This document shows positions 21,051-32,709 of a stretch of 64,000 bases of DNA, in pieces; within the stretch, counting starts at the first letter, position 1; every line of letters begins with the position of its first letter. Source of the DNA: Deinococcus sp. GTDB taxonomy: Bacteria > Deinococcota > Deinococci > Deinococcales > Deinococcaceae. The notes beneath the pieces were generated by a model that was given only the letters and a program-made list of their open reading frames with translations, was not told the DNA's origin and did no database searches. The translations under genes were made by a program, and so were the position numbers. Location: positions 832,001 to 896,000 of the forward strand of contig OZ253375.1 in NCBI GenBank assembly GCA_965261005.1, read 5' to 3'.

Positions 21051-22628
21051 ATGAAGCTGTGGACCCTTGTCGGCGCCCTGCTGCTGTCGGGAGCCTGCGC
21101 GCAAACGTCGCCCTTTGTCCCCTCCGCGCCCCCCGCCGCCGTCGCGCCCGGCCTGACCCCGGCTCAGCCGCTGGGCACCATATCCACACCGGCCCCTTAT
21201 CCGACCGCGCCCGCCCCCCCCACGCCCCCGACCATGCCCAGCGCCTTGCCCACGCTGGGCGCGCCGCGCGTGAACAGCGCCGGCGGAACCACGCGGGTGG
21301 TCTTTGACTTGCCGCCGGAAGCCGGCTACAGCCTGACGCCGACCTTTGGCGGGTTGCGCCTGGACTTCACGGGGGTCACGTTGAACACGCCCGGCAGCGT
21401 GGCCACGCCCGAGCTGAGCGGGCTGCAACCCCAAGGCGGCGCGGCCGTGACGCTGCTCACGCCCTTTGCGCTGGGGCTAGCCGACGGCTGGCAAAGCCTG
21501 GAGCTGACCCCGCAGGACAACCTGCCGCGCCGCTTGGTGATTGACCTGGGCGCGACCCTGCGCGGCGGCGCCCGGCAGCCGGGCAGTCCGGCGGCGAGCG
21601 CGCCGCCCGCGCCCGCGCCCGCCCCCTCCACGGCGCTGCCCATTTTGCCGCTGCCCACGGCGCCGCCCGCCAACTTCGCGCGCCTGGGCGCCCCCCGGGT
21701 CGGCAAGAATCCCGGCAGCACGCGGGTGGTGCTCGAAATTCCGCATGGCACGCCCTACACCCTGACCAGCGGCGCGCAGGGGGTGCGCATTGACCTGAGC
21801 GGCGTCACCGCCGACCCGGGGGCCGTGCAGCGCGTGTCGCCCGAACTGGCCGAGTGGCGCGAGCAGCCGACCCAAGACGGCCTGGCCCTGACCCTGCGCA
21901 CCCCCTTTCCGCTCAGAAGCAACAGCGGCTGGACGTCCCAGTTGCTTCCCCCGGCTGCGGGCAGCCGCCTCGACCGCTTGGTGATTGACTTGTCGCCCGC
22001 CTACGCCGACACCACGCCACTCGCGCCGGCGGACGCGGCGCTACCGCGCTTTCCGGGGCCGGTGCGGGTGGTGCTCGATCCCGGCCACGGCGGCACGGAC
22101 CCCGGCACCATTGGCAGCGTGATCGAGAAGCAGGTCACGCTGGACGTGGGGCTGCGGGTGCGCGCCCTGTTGCAGGCGGCCGGCGCGCGGGTCAGCATGA
22201 CGCGTGACCGCGACACCCAGCTGAGCCTCGACAAGAACACCGACCTGGCCCAGCGCGCGGCGTTGGGGGCGCTGGGCGACGTGTACGTGAGCATTCACGT
22301 CAACGCCGTGGAAAAAAACGCCGTGCTGCGCGGCTATGGGGTCGAGACTTGGTGGTATCCCAACAACGCGGGCAGCGGGGCGCTGGCCGCCAGCTTGCAA
22401 AATGACGTGGTCGGTCTGACCGGGAACTTCTCGCAGGGGATCAAGCGCGGCTCGCTGGCGGTGCTGCGCCGCAACACCGTGCCGGCCGCGCTGATCGAGA
22501 TCGGCTACGCCAGCCATCCCGTGGACGGCCAGAACTTGCTGTCCAGCACTTATCTCGACCGGGTGGCCCTGGGCATCGCGCGCGGCATTCAAGACTTTCT
22601 GGTCGGTGAGGGCGGCGCAGATAGATAG
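21051..22628 (+). CDS. N-acetylmuramoyl-L-alanine amidase with two AMIN-like repeats
   Basis: Two LGAPRV...TRVV..RLVIDL units; VLDPGHGG, EK, SIHVNA, LAVLR, ALIEIGY. Confidence 0.9.
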   Translation: MKLWTLVGALLLSGACAQTSPFVPSAPPAAVAPGLTPAQPLGTISTPAPYPTAPAPPTPPTMPSALPTLGAPRVNSAGGTTRVVFDLPPEAGYSLTPTFGGLRLDFTGVTLNTPGSVATPELSGLQPQGGAAVTLLTPFALGLADGWQSLELTPQDNLPRRLVIDLGATLRGGARQPGSPAASAPPAPAPAPSTALPILPLPTAPPANFARLGAPRVGKNPGSTRVVLEIPHGTPYTLTSGAQGVRIDLSGVTADPGAVQRVSPELAEWREQPTQDGLALTLRTPFPLRSNSGWTSQLLPPAAGSRLDRLVIDLSPAYADTTPLAPADAALPRFPGPVRVVLDPGHGGTDPGTIGSVIEKQVTLDVGLRVRALLQAAGARVSMTRDRDTQLSLDKNTDLAQRAALGALGDVYVSIHVNAVEKNAVLRGYGVETWWYPNNAGSGALAASLQNDVVGLTGNFSQGIKRGSLAVLRRNTVPAALIEIGYASHPVDGQNLLSSTYLDRVALGIARGIQDFLVGEGGADR

Positions 22629-22659
22629 AGGGACAAGTAGACTCTGGCACCAGTAGACT

Positions 22660-23901
22660 TTGGCCGTGGTCTTTGTCTTTACCTTGGAAAACGGTCTGAC
22701 CGTGCTGGTCGAGCGGCGGCGCGGCCTCGCCTTCGCGCTCGACCTCAACTTGCCGCGCGGCGCCGCGCACGATCCGCCGGGGCAGGAAGGCACGGCCGCC
22801 CTCTTAGAGGAGTGGCTGTGGAAGGGGGCCGGCGACCTGGGCGCGCGGGACTTGGCGAACGCCTTTGACGATCTGGGCCTGCGGCGCGGCGGGAGCGTGA
22901 CGCACGAGCGGACCCGCCTGGGCGCCTCCGGCCGCACCGCCGACTTCGGGCGCGCGCTGGACCTGCTCGCGCAGGTGGCGCGCCGGCCGCACCTGAACGA
23001 GAGCGACTTCGCGGCGCTCAGCGACCTCGCCCGCCAGGATGTGGAGGGCCTGGCCGACGATCCGGCCGAGCGGCTGGGCGCCGAGCTGCGTTCGCGCGCC
23101 TTTAAGGCGCCCTACGCCCATCCGGTGAGCGGCAGCTTGGACGCCCTGAGCACCTTGACGCCCGGGAACGTGCGACGTTCACACGCCCAGCTCGGCCCGC
23201 AGGGCGCCCTGCTCACGGTGGTCGGCGACCTGCCGGAAGACGAGGTGCTGGGGTTGGCGGGGCGTGCGTTGGGCGATTGGCGGGGTGGCCGTTCGGAGCG
23301 GCCCGCCGTGAGGTTTCGCCCCAATTCTTATGCCCACGTCCCCGACGACAGCCAGCAGACCCACCTGAGCGCCTTGTTCGCCGGGGTGGACCCGGACGCG
23401 GCGGAATGGCCGCTGTTCCAATTGGCCCTCGGCGTGCTGTCCGGTGGCGGCGCGTCGCGGCTGTTTGGGGAGGTGCGCGAGGCGCGCGGCCTCGCCTACA
23501 GCGTGGGCGCGGGCGCGCAGGTGACGGGCGGACGCGGCTTCGCGTGGGCTTCGGCGGCCAGCACGCCGGGGCGGGCGCAGGAAACGCTGGACGTCGTGCT
23601 GGCCGAATTCGCCCGCCTCGGGGCGGGCGTGTCGGGGGCCGAGTTCGCCCGCGCCCGCGCGCAGCTGCTCAGCGGCGTCGTCTTCGGTTCTGAGACGGCG
23701 GCCGGGCGGGCGGCGGCGCTGTCACGCGACTGGCTGACCCTGGGCCGGGTGCGGACCCTCGGCGAGGTGCGGGACACGCTGCTGGCCCTGAACGCGAGCG
23801 ACCTGAACGCCTTTTTGGAGGCCCACCCCTTTGGCGCGCCCACCGTCGTGACCCTCGGGCCGGCCCCGCTGCAAGCGGGCGGTGAGCGTGCCGTCGCCTG
23901 A
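22660..23901 (+). CDS. M16 family peptidase, non-catalytic subunit
   Basis: M16 fold (SRLFGEVREARGLAY) but HxxEH replaced by ALLEE. Confidence 0.8.
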   Translation: MAVVFVFTLENGLTVLVERRRGLAFALDLNLPRGAAHDPPGQEGTAALLEEWLWKGAGDLGARDLANAFDDLGLRRGGSVTHERTRLGASGRTADFGRALDLLAQVARRPHLNESDFAALSDLARQDVEGLADDPAERLGAELRSRAFKAPYAHPVSGSLDALSTLTPGNVRRSHAQLGPQGALLTVVGDLPEDEVLGLAGRALGDWRGGRSERPAVRFRPNSYAHVPDDSQQTHLSALFAGVDPDAAEWPLFQLALGVLSGGGASRLFGEVREARGLAYSVGAGAQVTGGRGFAWASAASTPGRAQETLDVVLAEFARLGAGVSGAEFARARAQLLSGVVFGSETAAGRAAALSRDWLTLGRVRTLGEVRDTLLALNASDLNAFLEAHPFGAPTVVTLGPAPLQAGGERAVA

Positions 23902-25141
23902 ACCTCGTCCCGAGATTCGCCAAGCCACCTTGCCGAGCGGCGTGCGCTTGGTGGGCGAGCGCGACCCCGACGCCGAGACGGTCGCGCTGGGTTACTTCGT
24001 GATGACCGGCGCCCGCGACGAGGCGGCGGGCGAGATGGGCGCCTCACACCTGATCGAACACCTGCTGTTCAAGGGCAGCGAGCGCGTGAGCGGGCGCGAA
24101 CTGAATACTCGCCTGGACGACCTCGGCGCCTCCGTCAACGCCTACACCGGCGAGGAGACGACCGTCTACCACGCCGCCTGCCTGCCGCCGGACGCGGGCG
24201 CGCTGCTGGGCCTGCTGAGCGAATTGCTGCGCCCCGCCTTTCGCGAGGAGGACGTGCGCCTGGAGCGCGAGGTGGTGCTGGAGGAAATCGCCATGTACGC
24301 CGACGACCCCATCTCGCGCGCCTTTGACGAGTTGCGGCGGCGCGCTTGGAACGGCCACCCGCTGGGCCATCTGGTCCTGGGCACGCCGCAAACGGTCGCG
24401 GGCCTGACGGCGCAGCGCTTGAAGGGCGACTTCGCCGCGCGCTACGGCGCCCGCAACATTGTCCTGGCGGCCTGCGGCAACTTCGATTGGGACGAGCTGA
24501 CAAGTTTGGCCGGGCGCCTGACGAAGGGCTGGTCCCAAGCAACGTTCAGCCGCACCCTCTCCCCCCACACCTTCACGCCCGCCCTGCACCTGCTGCCGGA
24601 GCGTGACCTCGCCCGCGTGCAGTTCGCGCTGCTCGCTCCCGGCTTTTCCGCGACCCACCCATTGCGCCACGCGGCGGCGGTCCTGGCCGAGGCGCTGGGC
24701 GGCGACAACGGGCGGCTGTACTGGTCGTTGGTGGACCCCGGCCTCGCCGACGGCTTCGATCTGTCGCACGCCGAGTTTGAGGACACGGGCACCTTCGAGG
24801 CCGGTTGGAGCTGTGACCCGGCGCGCGCTCAGGAAACGCTGAGCATCGTGCGCGGCGAGCTGGGGCACGTTCAGCTGGAGGGCCTGACCCCCGCCGAGCT
24901 GACGCGCGCCCGCAACAAGCTGGCCGCCGGGACTGCCCTGAGCGCCGAAACCCCCTACGCCCGTCTGTTCGCGCTGGGCGAGGAGACGCTGTACCTCGGC
25001 CGGCCCAGGAGCCTGGGGGAAAGCGTGGCCGCCTTCGGGCGGGTGACGCTGGAAGACGTGGGGGCCGTATTGGAGGGGCGCCCCTTCGACAAGGCGCACA
25101 TTCTGGCGCTGGGACCATTGGATTTATCGTCGGTCGGTTGA
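23882..25141 (+). CDS. M16 family zinc peptidase
   Basis: GASHLIEHLLFKG, VNAYT, EREVVLEE. Confidence 0.9.
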   Translation: MSVPSPEPRPEIRQATLPSGVRLVGERDPDAETVALGYFVMTGARDEAAGEMGASHLIEHLLFKGSERVSGRELNTRLDDLGASVNAYTGEETTVYHAACLPPDAGALLGLLSELLRPAFREEDVRLEREVVLEEIAMYADDPISRAFDELRRRAWNGHPLGHLVLGTPQTVAGLTAQRLKGDFAARYGARNIVLAACGNFDWDELTSLAGRLTKGWSQATFSRTLSPHTFTPALHLLPERDLARVQFALLAPGFSATHPLRHAAAVLAEALGGDNGRLYWSLVDPGLADGFDLSHAEFEDTGTFEAGWSCDPARAQETLSIVRGELGHVQLEGLTPAELTRARNKLAAGTALSAETPYARLFALGEETLYLGRPRSLGESVAAFGRVTLEDVGAVLEGRPFDKAHILALGPLDLSSVG

Positions 25142-25147
25142 ACCCGC

Positions 25148-25825
25148 TCAGCCCAGCCCCTCGGCCGCCAGGATACCCGCGGCCACCTTCATCAGGTCCG
25201 CTCCGATCACGTCCGGCCTCGGCGCGGTGGGGTCGGGCACCTTACCGGGCCGCCCCACAAAGGCCGCCTTGCAGCCCGCCCCACTTGCGCCCGCCACATC
25301 CCAAGCGTGCGCCGCGACCAGCCACAGCCCGCCGGCGTCCGTTCCCAGGCGCCCGGCGGCGTATTCATACGGCTCGCGGGCCGGTTTGAGCCGCCGCACC
25401 TCGTCCGCCGAAAGCACCTGTTCCGGCAAGTCGCGCAGGCCCGCGAATCTCAGCTGCGCCTCGCTCGCGCTTTTCAGGGAGTTGGTCAGGGTCGCCAGCC
25501 GCACGCCCCGTTCGCGCAGGCGCTCTAGGGCGGGGCGCGCGTCGGGGTGGGCCGGCAGGTGCAGCAGGCCGTCCTTCAACCCCTGCTGGGCTTCCTTCCC
25601 CAGCGTCACGCCGCGCCGCTCGGCCACCATTCGCAAGGCCGCCCCGCCGAGTTCCTCGAAGTTCTTGTACGGCCCCACCACGCTGGATACCAGGGCGTTC
25701 TCCAGGGTCTGCGTGAACCACTCGGGCCGGGCGGTGGCGTCGCCGAAGGTATCTTGAAAGTACGGATCGAGCGCGGAAAGGTCGAGCAAGGTCTCGACCA
25801 CGTCGAAGACGACGATACGGGTCAT
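25148..25825 (-). CDS. Haloacid dehalogenase type II
   Basis: [25 protein letters not shown]. Confidence 0.85.
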   Translation of the reverse strand: MTRIVVFDVVETLLDLSALDPYFQDTFGDATARPEWFTQTLENALVSSVVGPYKNFEELGGAALRMVAERRGVTLGKEAQQGLKDGLLHLPAHPDARPALERLRERGVRLATLTNSLKSASEAQLRFAGLRDLPEQVLSADEVRRLKPAREPYEYAAGRLGTDAGGLWLVAAHAWDVAGASGAGCKAAFVGRPGKVPDPTAPRPDVIGADLMKVAAGILAAEGLG

Positions 25826-25883
25826 GGCAGCCTCCAGAAAAAAAGACTACACCCCGTCCCATTCCAAAACCCGCCAGCGTTCT

Positions 25884-28109
25884 TTAGCCTTCCAGCCGCA
25901 CCCTGGGCAAGCGGCGCTTGAGCCATGCGGGCAGCCACCAGTTCCAGTCCCCGAACAGCTTGAGTAAGCCCGGCACCAGCACCATGCGGACCAGGGTGGC
26001 GTCCAGCACCACCGCCGCCGCCAGGGCGACGCCAATGCTCTTGTTGGCGACCACCCGGCCCGACACAAAGGCGCAGAACACGATGAACATGATGGCGGCG
26101 GCCGAGGTGATCACCCGCCCGGTGCGCCCCACCGCCCGCACGATGGCCTCGTCGTTGCTGCGGCCGGCGAGGTGCTCCTCCTGCACGCGCGACAGCAGGA
26201 AAATCTCGTAGTCCATGCTCAGGCCGAACAGCACCGCGAAGAGGATCAGCGGCAGCGAGGAGTCGAGCACGCTCACCTCCCCCGGCAAGCCCAGCCAGCG
26301 CGCGAACAGGCCGTTTTGGATGACCAGCGTCACGATCCCGTAGGCGGCGCCCACCGTCAGCAGATTCATGGCCACGCTCTTGAGGGGAATCACGAGCGAG
26401 CGAAAGGCCACCGCCAGCAGCGCGAAGGTCGCCAGCAGAACCGCCGCCACCGCGCCGGGGGTGGCGGCAGCGATGGCCGCCGTGAACTCGCGCGCGCCGA
26501 TGGGGGCGCCGCCCAGCAGGTAGCTGAAGCCGCTGGCGTTCAGCGCACCGTGCAGCCGCGCCGCAAAGGCGTCCACCTCGTCCGCACGCAGGTTGTGGTC
26601 CGGCAGCACGGTCAGGCGCAGGAAGCGCCGGTCGGGCGAGAGGCTGCGCCGGGCCAGGTTGAGGGCGTCCGACAAGGTGGCACGTTCCACGGCCCCGGCG
26701 GGCCGCGCGAACGGCGAGATGACGGCGTCCACGCCGGACAGAGCTTCCAGGTTCTGCGTTAACTCACGGAAGCGCTCACGGGTCTTGGGGCTGTAGCCCC
26801 CTGCCGGCGCGTCCAGCACCACTTCGAAGGCGGACAGCAGCCCGCCCGCGCCCAAGTCCTCTACCGCCCGCAGCGCGTCGCGCGACTCGACCCCCGGCGC
26901 GAGGCCGTAGGCGCCCGCGTAGCCGAGCCGCATGCCGCGCGCCGGCAGCGCCAGCAGCAGCAGCGCGGCCGAGGCCAGCAGGACCGCCGCCCACGGCCGC
27001 GCGATCACCCGCCGGGCAAAGGCGCTCCAAGCCGCGCTGGCCGCCCCACTTTGACTCCAGGTGAAGCGCAAGAGGCGCGGGCTGTTGACCCGCTCGCCCA
27101 ATAAAGTCAGCAGGGCCGGCAGGGCGCTCAAGCTGGCCGCGACGGTCAGCAGCACCACCAGCACCCCGCCGATGCCCATCGAGCGCACAAAGGCAATGGG
27201 CGGCGCGAGCAAGGCGCCCATCGCCAGGGCCACCGTCAGGCCCGAAAAGGCCACGCTGCGCCCGGCCGTCAGCACGGCGCGCCGCGCGGCCTCGGCCCGG
27301 ATGGAACGCGGCAGCCGCACTGGCCGCCCCCCCGCCAGCTCGTCGAGTTCCTCGCGGAAGCGGTTCACCAGCAAGAGGGCGTAGTCGATGCCGGCCCCGA
27401 GGCCCACCAGCGTGATGACGCTCTGCGCGAAGGTGCTCACCTCGGTCAGCTGGGTCAGGCCGTAGAGACCCCCCAGCGCCACCGTGATCGAGAGCACGCC
27501 CACCAAAAGAGGCAGCCCAGTCGCCACCAGCGTGCCGAAAATGGCCAGCAGCACCAAGCCGGTCAGCGGCAGCGCGGCGAACTCGCTCCGCTTGGTGTCC
27601 TGCTCGGCGAACTCGGTGAAGTCGCGCACGATGGCCTGCCCCCCCGTCACCCGCACGCGCAGGGCGCCTTCCTGGGCGTGGGCGAGGTCGCGTATGCGCT
27701 CCAGGGCGGCGTTGTCCGTCAAGCTGATCTGCGCCAGCGTGAGGGTAGAGCGGCCGTCCCGGCTGGCGGTGCGGATCACGTTCGGTTCGTCGAAGCGGGT
27801 CACGCCCAGCACCCCCGGCGAGGCGCGTAACTCTTTGACAAAGGCGTCGTAGGCCCTCAGAAAGCGCAAATCGCCCGCCTTGTAAGGCGACTCCGCGATC
27901 AGCAGCACAGCGCTGTCTCCCCGCTCGCCGAAGTCGCCTTGTAAGATGTTCGCCACGCGGGTCGCCTCGGAATTGGGCAAATTGCCGGGGTTGGCGCTCA
28001 GGGCGCCGGGCGCGCGCAGCGCGAAGGGCAGGCTCACCAGGGTCAGGGCCAGCCAAAAGGCCAGCACCGGCCAAGGAAAGCGGGTGATGAAGTGAGCGAG
28101 GCGCAGCAT
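25884..28109 (-). CDS. MMPL (RND) family transporter
   Basis: [48 protein letters not shown]. Confidence 0.9.
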   Translation of the reverse strand: MLRLAHFITRFPWPVLAFWLALTLVSLPFALRAPGALSANPGNLPNSEATRVANILQGDFGERGDSAVLLIAESPYKAGDLRFLRAYDAFVKELRASPGVLGVTRFDEPNVIRTASRDGRSTLTLAQISLTDNAALERIRDLAHAQEGALRVRVTGGQAIVRDFTEFAEQDTKRSEFAALPLTGLVLLAIFGTLVATGLPLLVGVLSITVALGGLYGLTQLTEVSTFAQSVITLVGLGAGIDYALLLVNRFREELDELAGGRPVRLPRSIRAEAARRAVLTAGRSVAFSGLTVALAMGALLAPPIAFVRSMGIGGVLVVLLTVAASLSALPALLTLLGERVNSPRLLRFTWSQSGAASAAWSAFARRVIARPWAAVLLASAALLLLALPARGMRLGYAGAYGLAPGVESRDALRAVEDLGAGGLLSAFEVVLDAPAGGYSPKTRERFRELTQNLEALSGVDAVISPFARPAGAVERATLSDALNLARRSLSPDRRFLRLTVLPDHNLRADEVDAFAARLHGALNASGFSYLLGGAPIGAREFTAAIAAATPGAVAAVLLATFALLAVAFRSLVIPLKSVAMNLLTVGAAYGIVTLVIQNGLFARWLGLPGEVSVLDSSLPLILFAVLFGLSMDYEIFLLSRVQEEHLAGRSNDEAIVRAVGRTGRVITSAAAIMFIVFCAFVSGRVVANKSIGVALAAAVVLDATLVRMVLVPGLLKLFGDWNWWLPAWLKRRLPRVRLEG

Positions 28110-28245
28110 GCGCGGTCAGTAGAGCACGGGCGGGCGCGGCGCACTGTCCGCTTTTTCGTCAAGTCCTTGAAATGTCACCCTCTCCGTCATCCCGTTGGGC
28201 GAGAATAGGGACATGCAACCTGGCCCAGCGGGTAAAAATAGACCC

Positions 28246-29001
28246 ATGCGCGACCGCTTGACGACCTTGCTCGGTGTAGCCACCCTGCTGGCCTTTCTCG
28301 TGGGTCTGTATTTCGCGGTGGTGTCGCCGCCGGACGTCAACCAGGGTGACCTGGTCCGCATCTTTTACATTCACGTGCCCAGCGCTTGGCTGTCCTATCT
28401 GGCCTACGCGGGCACCTTCGTGTTCGGGCTGGGCTACCTGGTGACACGGTGGCGCAACCTCGACCGCTTGGCCGCCGCCTCGGCCGAGATCGGGCTGCTG
28501 TTCACGGCGCTGACCCTGTTTGGGGGCAGCCTCTGGGGCAAGCCGACTTGGGGCACCTACTGGACGTGGGACCCGCGCATCACGACCACGGCGCTCTCGC
28601 TGCTGATCTACGGCGGTTACTTTATCGTGCGCGGCCTGATCGAGGACCCGGAGCGCCGGGCGCGGGTGTCGGCCGTGATCGGCGTGATGGGCACGCTGTA
28701 CATCCCGGTCAACTACATGAGCGTCTACTGGTGGCGCTCGCTGCACCAAACGCCCACCATCAACGTGCTCGGGGGCCTGCGGCTGTCCGCCGACCCGCGC
28801 ATGCTGCTGGCCTTTTTGATGATGTTGCTCGCCTTTACCATTCTGTACTTCTACCTGCTCAGGCTGCGCGGCACGCTCTCAGCCCTGATAGAGGCCCGCG
28901 AGGAGCGCCAGTTCTTAGAAATAAACGGTCTGGAAATGAACGGCCTGGATTCCGGCGCCGGGCTGCCCAAGCTGACTTATCGGGGGAGGCAGCGTGGATA
29001 A
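28246..29001 (+). CDS. ccmC: Heme exporter / cytochrome c biogenesis protein CcmC
   Basis: IFYIHVPSAW, WGKPTWGTYWTWDPR (WWD motif), WWRSLHQ. Confidence 0.92.
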   Translation: MRDRLTTLLGVATLLAFLVGLYFAVVSPPDVNQGDLVRIFYIHVPSAWLSYLAYAGTFVFGLGYLVTRWRNLDRLAAASAEIGLLFTALTLFGGSLWGKPTWGTYWTWDPRITTTALSLLIYGGYFIVRGLIEDPERRARVSAVIGVMGTLYIPVNYMSVYWWRSLHQTPTINVLGGLRLSADPRMLLAFLMMLLAFTILYFYLLRLRGTLSALIEAREERQFLEINGLEMNGLDSGAGLPKLTYRGRQRG

Positions 29002-29128
29002 GTTCGCCCCCTTCGTGCTGTGGGTCTACGGCGTCAGCGCCGCCGTGCTGGGCGGCTACCTGAGCTACCTGTACGTCCGTCTGCGCGGCGAGCGCCGGGA
29101 GATTGAGCGCGAGGGGGGGGAAGCGTGA
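28994..29128 (+). CDS. ccmD: Heme exporter protein CcmD (44 aa; missing from ORF track)
   Basis: MDKFAPFVLWVYGVSAAVLGGYLSYLYVRLRGERREIEREGGEA; TM plus charged tail; overlaps the ccmC stop and ccmE start; GGAGG RBS. Confidence 0.8.
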   Translation: MDKFAPFVLWVYGVSAAVLGGYLSYLYVRLRGERREIEREGGEA

Positions 29129-29607
29129 CCGTCCCGACCCCGCCCCTTCCCACGCCACTGAGCGCCCCCCGCCGGCGGCGCCGCAACCCCGCCGGCTACC
29201 TGGTCGCCTTGGTGGTCCTGGCCGGCGTGGCGGGGGCCATGCTGTACGGCAACCTCTCCAAGAGCCTGGTGTACTTCGTGACCCCCACCGAGTATCAGGA
29301 AAAGCTGGCCGAGTACGCCGGCAAGACGCTGCGCCTGGGCGGCCTGGTCCAGCGCGAACACTACGACCCGCAAAGCCAGCTGCTGCGCTTCAGCGTTACC
29401 GACGGCACCACCAGCTACCCGGTGCATTACGAGGGCGCGGTGCCCGACCTGTTCAAGGCGAACCAGGGCGTGGTGGTCGAGGGCGCGTTCCGGGGCGGCA
29501 CCTTTCAGGCAACCCAATTGCTGGTCAAGCACTCCGAGGAATACCAGGCGCCCGCCGGCTACACCAGCCAGGCCGACCTCAAAAAGCTGCTTCAAGACAC
29601 CAAATAG
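29125..29607 (+). CDS. ccmE: Heme chaperone CcmE
   Basis: YFVTP, LRLGGLV, PDLF, GVVVEG, KHSEEY (HxxxY). Confidence 0.93.
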   Translation: MTVPTPPLPTPLSAPRRRRRNPAGYLVALVVLAGVAGAMLYGNLSKSLVYFVTPTEYQEKLAEYAGKTLRLGGLVQREHYDPQSQLLRFSVTDGTTSYPVHYEGAVPDLFKANQGVVVEGAFRGGTFQATQLLVKHSEEYQAPAGYTSQADLKKLLQDTK

Positions 29608-29714
29608 GGAGACACTCGTCAGGGGGACATGTGCCTCGCCCCCAACCGCTACGTTAAGGGACGCTAGATTGAGGGCCGTTCCCGCTTCCCCGTCTTTTTT
29701 CGAGGTATTCCCCC

Positions 29715-31685
29715 TTGAACCTGATCTCGTTCGATTTATCTCCCTTGGGCGCCTTTGGGCAAGTGGCCTTGGTGCTGTCACTCGCCTTTGCGCTGTTCGG
29801 TGGCTACCTAGCTGTGCTGGGCGGCGCGCGTGGGGACGAGCGCCTCGGTGAGGGGGCGCGGCGGGCCGCCTGGGGGGTGTTTGGCTTCGCCACGCTGGCG
29901 ATCATCGCGCTGGAGGTCGCGCTGTTGCGCGACGACTTCAGCGTGCGCTACGTCGCCCAGCACTCCATGATCGCCTTGCCGCTGTGGGTCAAGGTGTCCG
30001 ACTTGTGGGCGGCACTGGAAGGCTCGATTCTGCTGTGGGCCTGGCTGCTCTCGCTGTACGCCTTCGTGCTGTCCCTGGTGATGAAGCGCGACGCGCTGCG
30101 GCCGTGGGTGCTGGCGGCCATGTTCTTTTCGCTGATCTTCTTTTTGGGCGTCAACGCCACGCTGGCGAGTCCCTTCACGCCGGTGCCCAGCCCGCCCCCA
30201 GACGGGGCCGGCCCCAACCCCGCCCTGCAAAACCACTGGATGATGGCGGTTCACCCGGTGCTGCTGTACTTCGGCTTCGTGGGCCTCTCGGTTCCCTTCG
30301 CCTACGCGGTCGGGGCGCTGGTGACAAAGCGGGTCGGCGCTCAGTGGGTCACGCAGACCCGGCGCTGGACCTTGGTCGCCTGGGCCTTTTTGACGGCGGC
30401 CATTGTGGCGGGCGGCTGGTGGAGCTACGAGACCCTCGGCTGGGGCGGTTACTGGGCCTGGGACCCGGTCGAGAACGCCTCCTTCGTCCCGTGGCTGCTG
30501 ACGACCGCCTTTTTGCACTCGATTCAGATTCAGGAAAGGCGCCGCATGCTGGCCGCTTGGAACGTCTGGCTGATCGTGGCGGCCTACGCCAGCACCATTC
30601 TGGGCACCTTTATCAACCGCTCGGGCATCGTGGAGAGCGTTCACGCCTTCGCCTCGGGGCCGGTCGGGCCGGTCTTCCTGGGCTTCTTCGCCGCGCTGCT
30701 GCTGCTGGGCGCCGGCCTCGCCGCGTGGCGGGCGCCCCTTCTGCGCGACGAGCACGCGATTGACAGCCCCGTGTCGCGCGAGGGGGCCTACCTGGCGGGC
30801 AACGTCGTCTTTCTCGCCTTTGCGGTGATGGTGGTGCTGGGCACGCTGTTCCCGGCCCTAATCGAGGCGCTGCGCGGCGCGCGGGTCAGCGTGGGACCGC
30901 CCTTTTTCAACACCTTCGCGGTGCCGCTGGGGCTGCTGCTGCTGTTCCTGATGGGCGTGGGGCCGCTGCTGCCGTGGCGCCGCGCGCCGGGGGAGAAGTT
31001 GCTGGGCGCCATGCGCTGGCCGGGATTGGCGTTTCTGATCTCGCTGGCGCTGACCTTTCTGTTCGGCGTGCGCTCGGTCGCGGTGCTGCTGACGGTCGCC
31101 CTGTGCGCCTACAACGTCGCCGGCCTGATGCAATTGACCGCCCGCGCGGCCAGGGCGCGCGGCAGCCTGTTGGCCTCGTGGCGTGAGCAGCCCCGGCGCG
31201 GCGGCGCCCACCTGGCCCACCTCGGCCTGGTCGTGGTGGCGCTGGGCCTGGCCTTTTCGGGCGCCTACAAGCGCGAGGCGCGCGTGACCCTCAATCTCGC
31301 GCAGGAGCAGACCGTGCTGGGCGAGCGGCTGCTGTTCGTCGGCGCGGGGCAACAGCAGTTCCCCGACAAGACCAGCTTCTACGCCCGCGTGTACCTGGAC
31401 GGCCGCGAGTATCGCCCGCACAACAACCTCTACCCCACCTCGCGCGACGCGCTGCCCACCCCCGCCGTGCGCTACGGCCTGCTGGGCGACACCTACCTGG
31501 TCGCCACCGCCTTTGACACCCAGGGCAAGTGGGTGGCGCTGCGCCTGATCGAGTCCCCGCTGGTGTCGTGGATTTGGGCCGGCACCCTGATCGTGGTGCT
31601 GGGCGCCGCCCTCACGCTGGCGAGTCCCGCCTCGGCCGCGCCGGCCGTGCGGGCCAGCCGCCGCCCAGTGGGCGCTGGCGATTAA
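29715..31685 (+). CDS. ccmF: Heme lyase CcmF
   Basis: [46 protein letters not shown]. Confidence 0.95.
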   Translation: MNLISFDLSPLGAFGQVALVLSLAFALFGGYLAVLGGARGDERLGEGARRAAWGVFGFATLAIIALEVALLRDDFSVRYVAQHSMIALPLWVKVSDLWAALEGSILLWAWLLSLYAFVLSLVMKRDALRPWVLAAMFFSLIFFLGVNATLASPFTPVPSPPPDGAGPNPALQNHWMMAVHPVLLYFGFVGLSVPFAYAVGALVTKRVGAQWVTQTRRWTLVAWAFLTAAIVAGGWWSYETLGWGGYWAWDPVENASFVPWLLTTAFLHSIQIQERRRMLAAWNVWLIVAAYASTILGTFINRSGIVESVHAFASGPVGPVFLGFFAALLLLGAGLAAWRAPLLRDEHAIDSPVSREGAYLAGNVVFLAFAVMVVLGTLFPALIEALRGARVSVGPPFFNTFAVPLGLLLLFLMGVGPLLPWRRAPGEKLLGAMRWPGLAFLISLALTFLFGVRSVAVLLTVALCAYNVAGLMQLTARAARARGSLLASWREQPRRGGAHLAHLGLVVVALGLAFSGAYKREARVTLNLAQEQTVLGERLLFVGAGQQQFPDKTSFYARVYLDGREYRPHNNLYPTSRDALPTPAVRYGLLGDTYLVATAFDTQGKWVALRLIESPLVSWIWAGTLIVVLGAALTLASPASAAPAVRASRRPVGAGD

Positions 31686-31699
31686 CGGAGAGACAAGAC

Positions 31700-32272
31700 A
31701 TGTCAGAGTCCCCCAACGTCCGCGCCGCCACGGGAACCCGTCCTGCAACGACGTGGCGCCGCTGGATTCCGCCCCTGCTGGCCGCCCTCTTGGTAGCCGT
31801 CCTGGCCGCCGCCCTGCTGCGCGGTGGCGGCGGCGACCCCGGCGGTCCCTTGGTCGGCAAGCCGGCCCCCGACTTTACCCTGACCACGCTCGACGGCGGC
31901 AGCGTCAAGCTCTCGGCGCTGCGCGGCCGGCCGGTGCTGCTCAACTTCTGGGCGTCGTGGTGTATCCCTTGCCGCGACGAGGCGCCTCTGCTGGCCGACT
32001 TGGCGCGTGGGCAGGGCGCGAACGGCCTCGCGGTGGTGGGCGTCGTGTATCAGGACAAGCCCGGCGACGCGAAGAGGTTCCGCGACCAGTACGGCCTGAC
32101 CTTTCCCAGCCTGCTCGACCCCAAGCTGAACACCGCCATCGACTACGGCGTGGGCGCCGTGCCCGAGAGCTTCTTCATCGACAAAAACGGCGTCGTTCAG
32201 AAACACCTGCGCCAAGAGCTGACCCGCGAGACGCTGGCGAGCGAGCTGGGGAGCATCGGGGTGAAGGAGTGA
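31700..32272 (+). CDS. ccmG: Thiol-disulfide oxidoreductase CcmG/DsbE (TlpA-like)
   Basis: TM anchor; [20 protein letters not shown]. Confidence 0.88.
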   Translation: MSESPNVRAATGTRPATTWRRWIPPLLAALLVAVLAAALLRGGGGDPGGPLVGKPAPDFTLTTLDGGSVKLSALRGRPVLLNFWASWCIPCRDEAPLLADLARGQGANGLAVVGVVYQDKPGDAKRFRDQYGLTFPSLLDPKLNTAIDYGVGAVPESFFIDKNGVVQKHLRQELTRETLASELGSIGVKE

Positions 32273-32709
32273 AGCGCCTCGCCTTGTTGCTCACCCTACT
32301 GCTCTCATTTTCTTTCGCCCTCACGCCCGCGCAGGAGGCGCGCGTGCAGCGCCTGGGCGACGGGCTGCGCTGCCCGGTGTGCCGGGGGCTGCCCATCACC
32401 GAGAGTCCCAACCAGATTTCGGCCCAGATGCTCTCTCAGGTGCGCGATCAGGTGGCGGCCGGGCGCAGCGATAGTCAGATTCACGACTACTTCGCGGCGC
32501 GCTTCGGTGGGAGCGTGCTGCTCGACCCGCCCAAAAGCGGGCTGAACCTCGCCCTGTGGGCGCTCCCGGCCGCCGCGCTCTTGGGCGGCGCGTGGCTGCT
32601 GGCCCGCTATCTGAAGGGCGCCGGGAGCCAGCCGGAGCAAAGCGACCCCGAGCTGCTCTCCAGGGTGCGGCGCGACCTCGAAAGCGGCACACGGGAGGCC
32701 CGCGAGTGA
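32269..32709 (+). CDS. ccmH: Cytochrome c biogenesis protein CcmH
   Basis: LRCPVC motif, ARFG, LWALP; GTG overlapping the ccmG stop. Confidence 0.9.
   Translation: MKRLALLLTLLLSFSFALTPAQEARVQRLGDGLRCPVCRGLPITESPNQISAQMLSQVRDQVAAGRSDSQIHDYFAARFGGSVLLDPPKSGLNLALWALPAAALLGGAWLLARYLKGAGSQPEQSDPELLSRVRRDLESGTREARE

Noticed and set aside
29113..29120. G8 tract as a phase-variation switch in ccmD
   Set aside because: Short, in frame and in the last codons of a core gene; likely serves as the ccmE RBS region.
29608..29714. 107-bp gap between ccmE and ccmF as a structured RNA
   Set aside because: No convincing stem or known RNA motif seen; may just hold an internal promoter.
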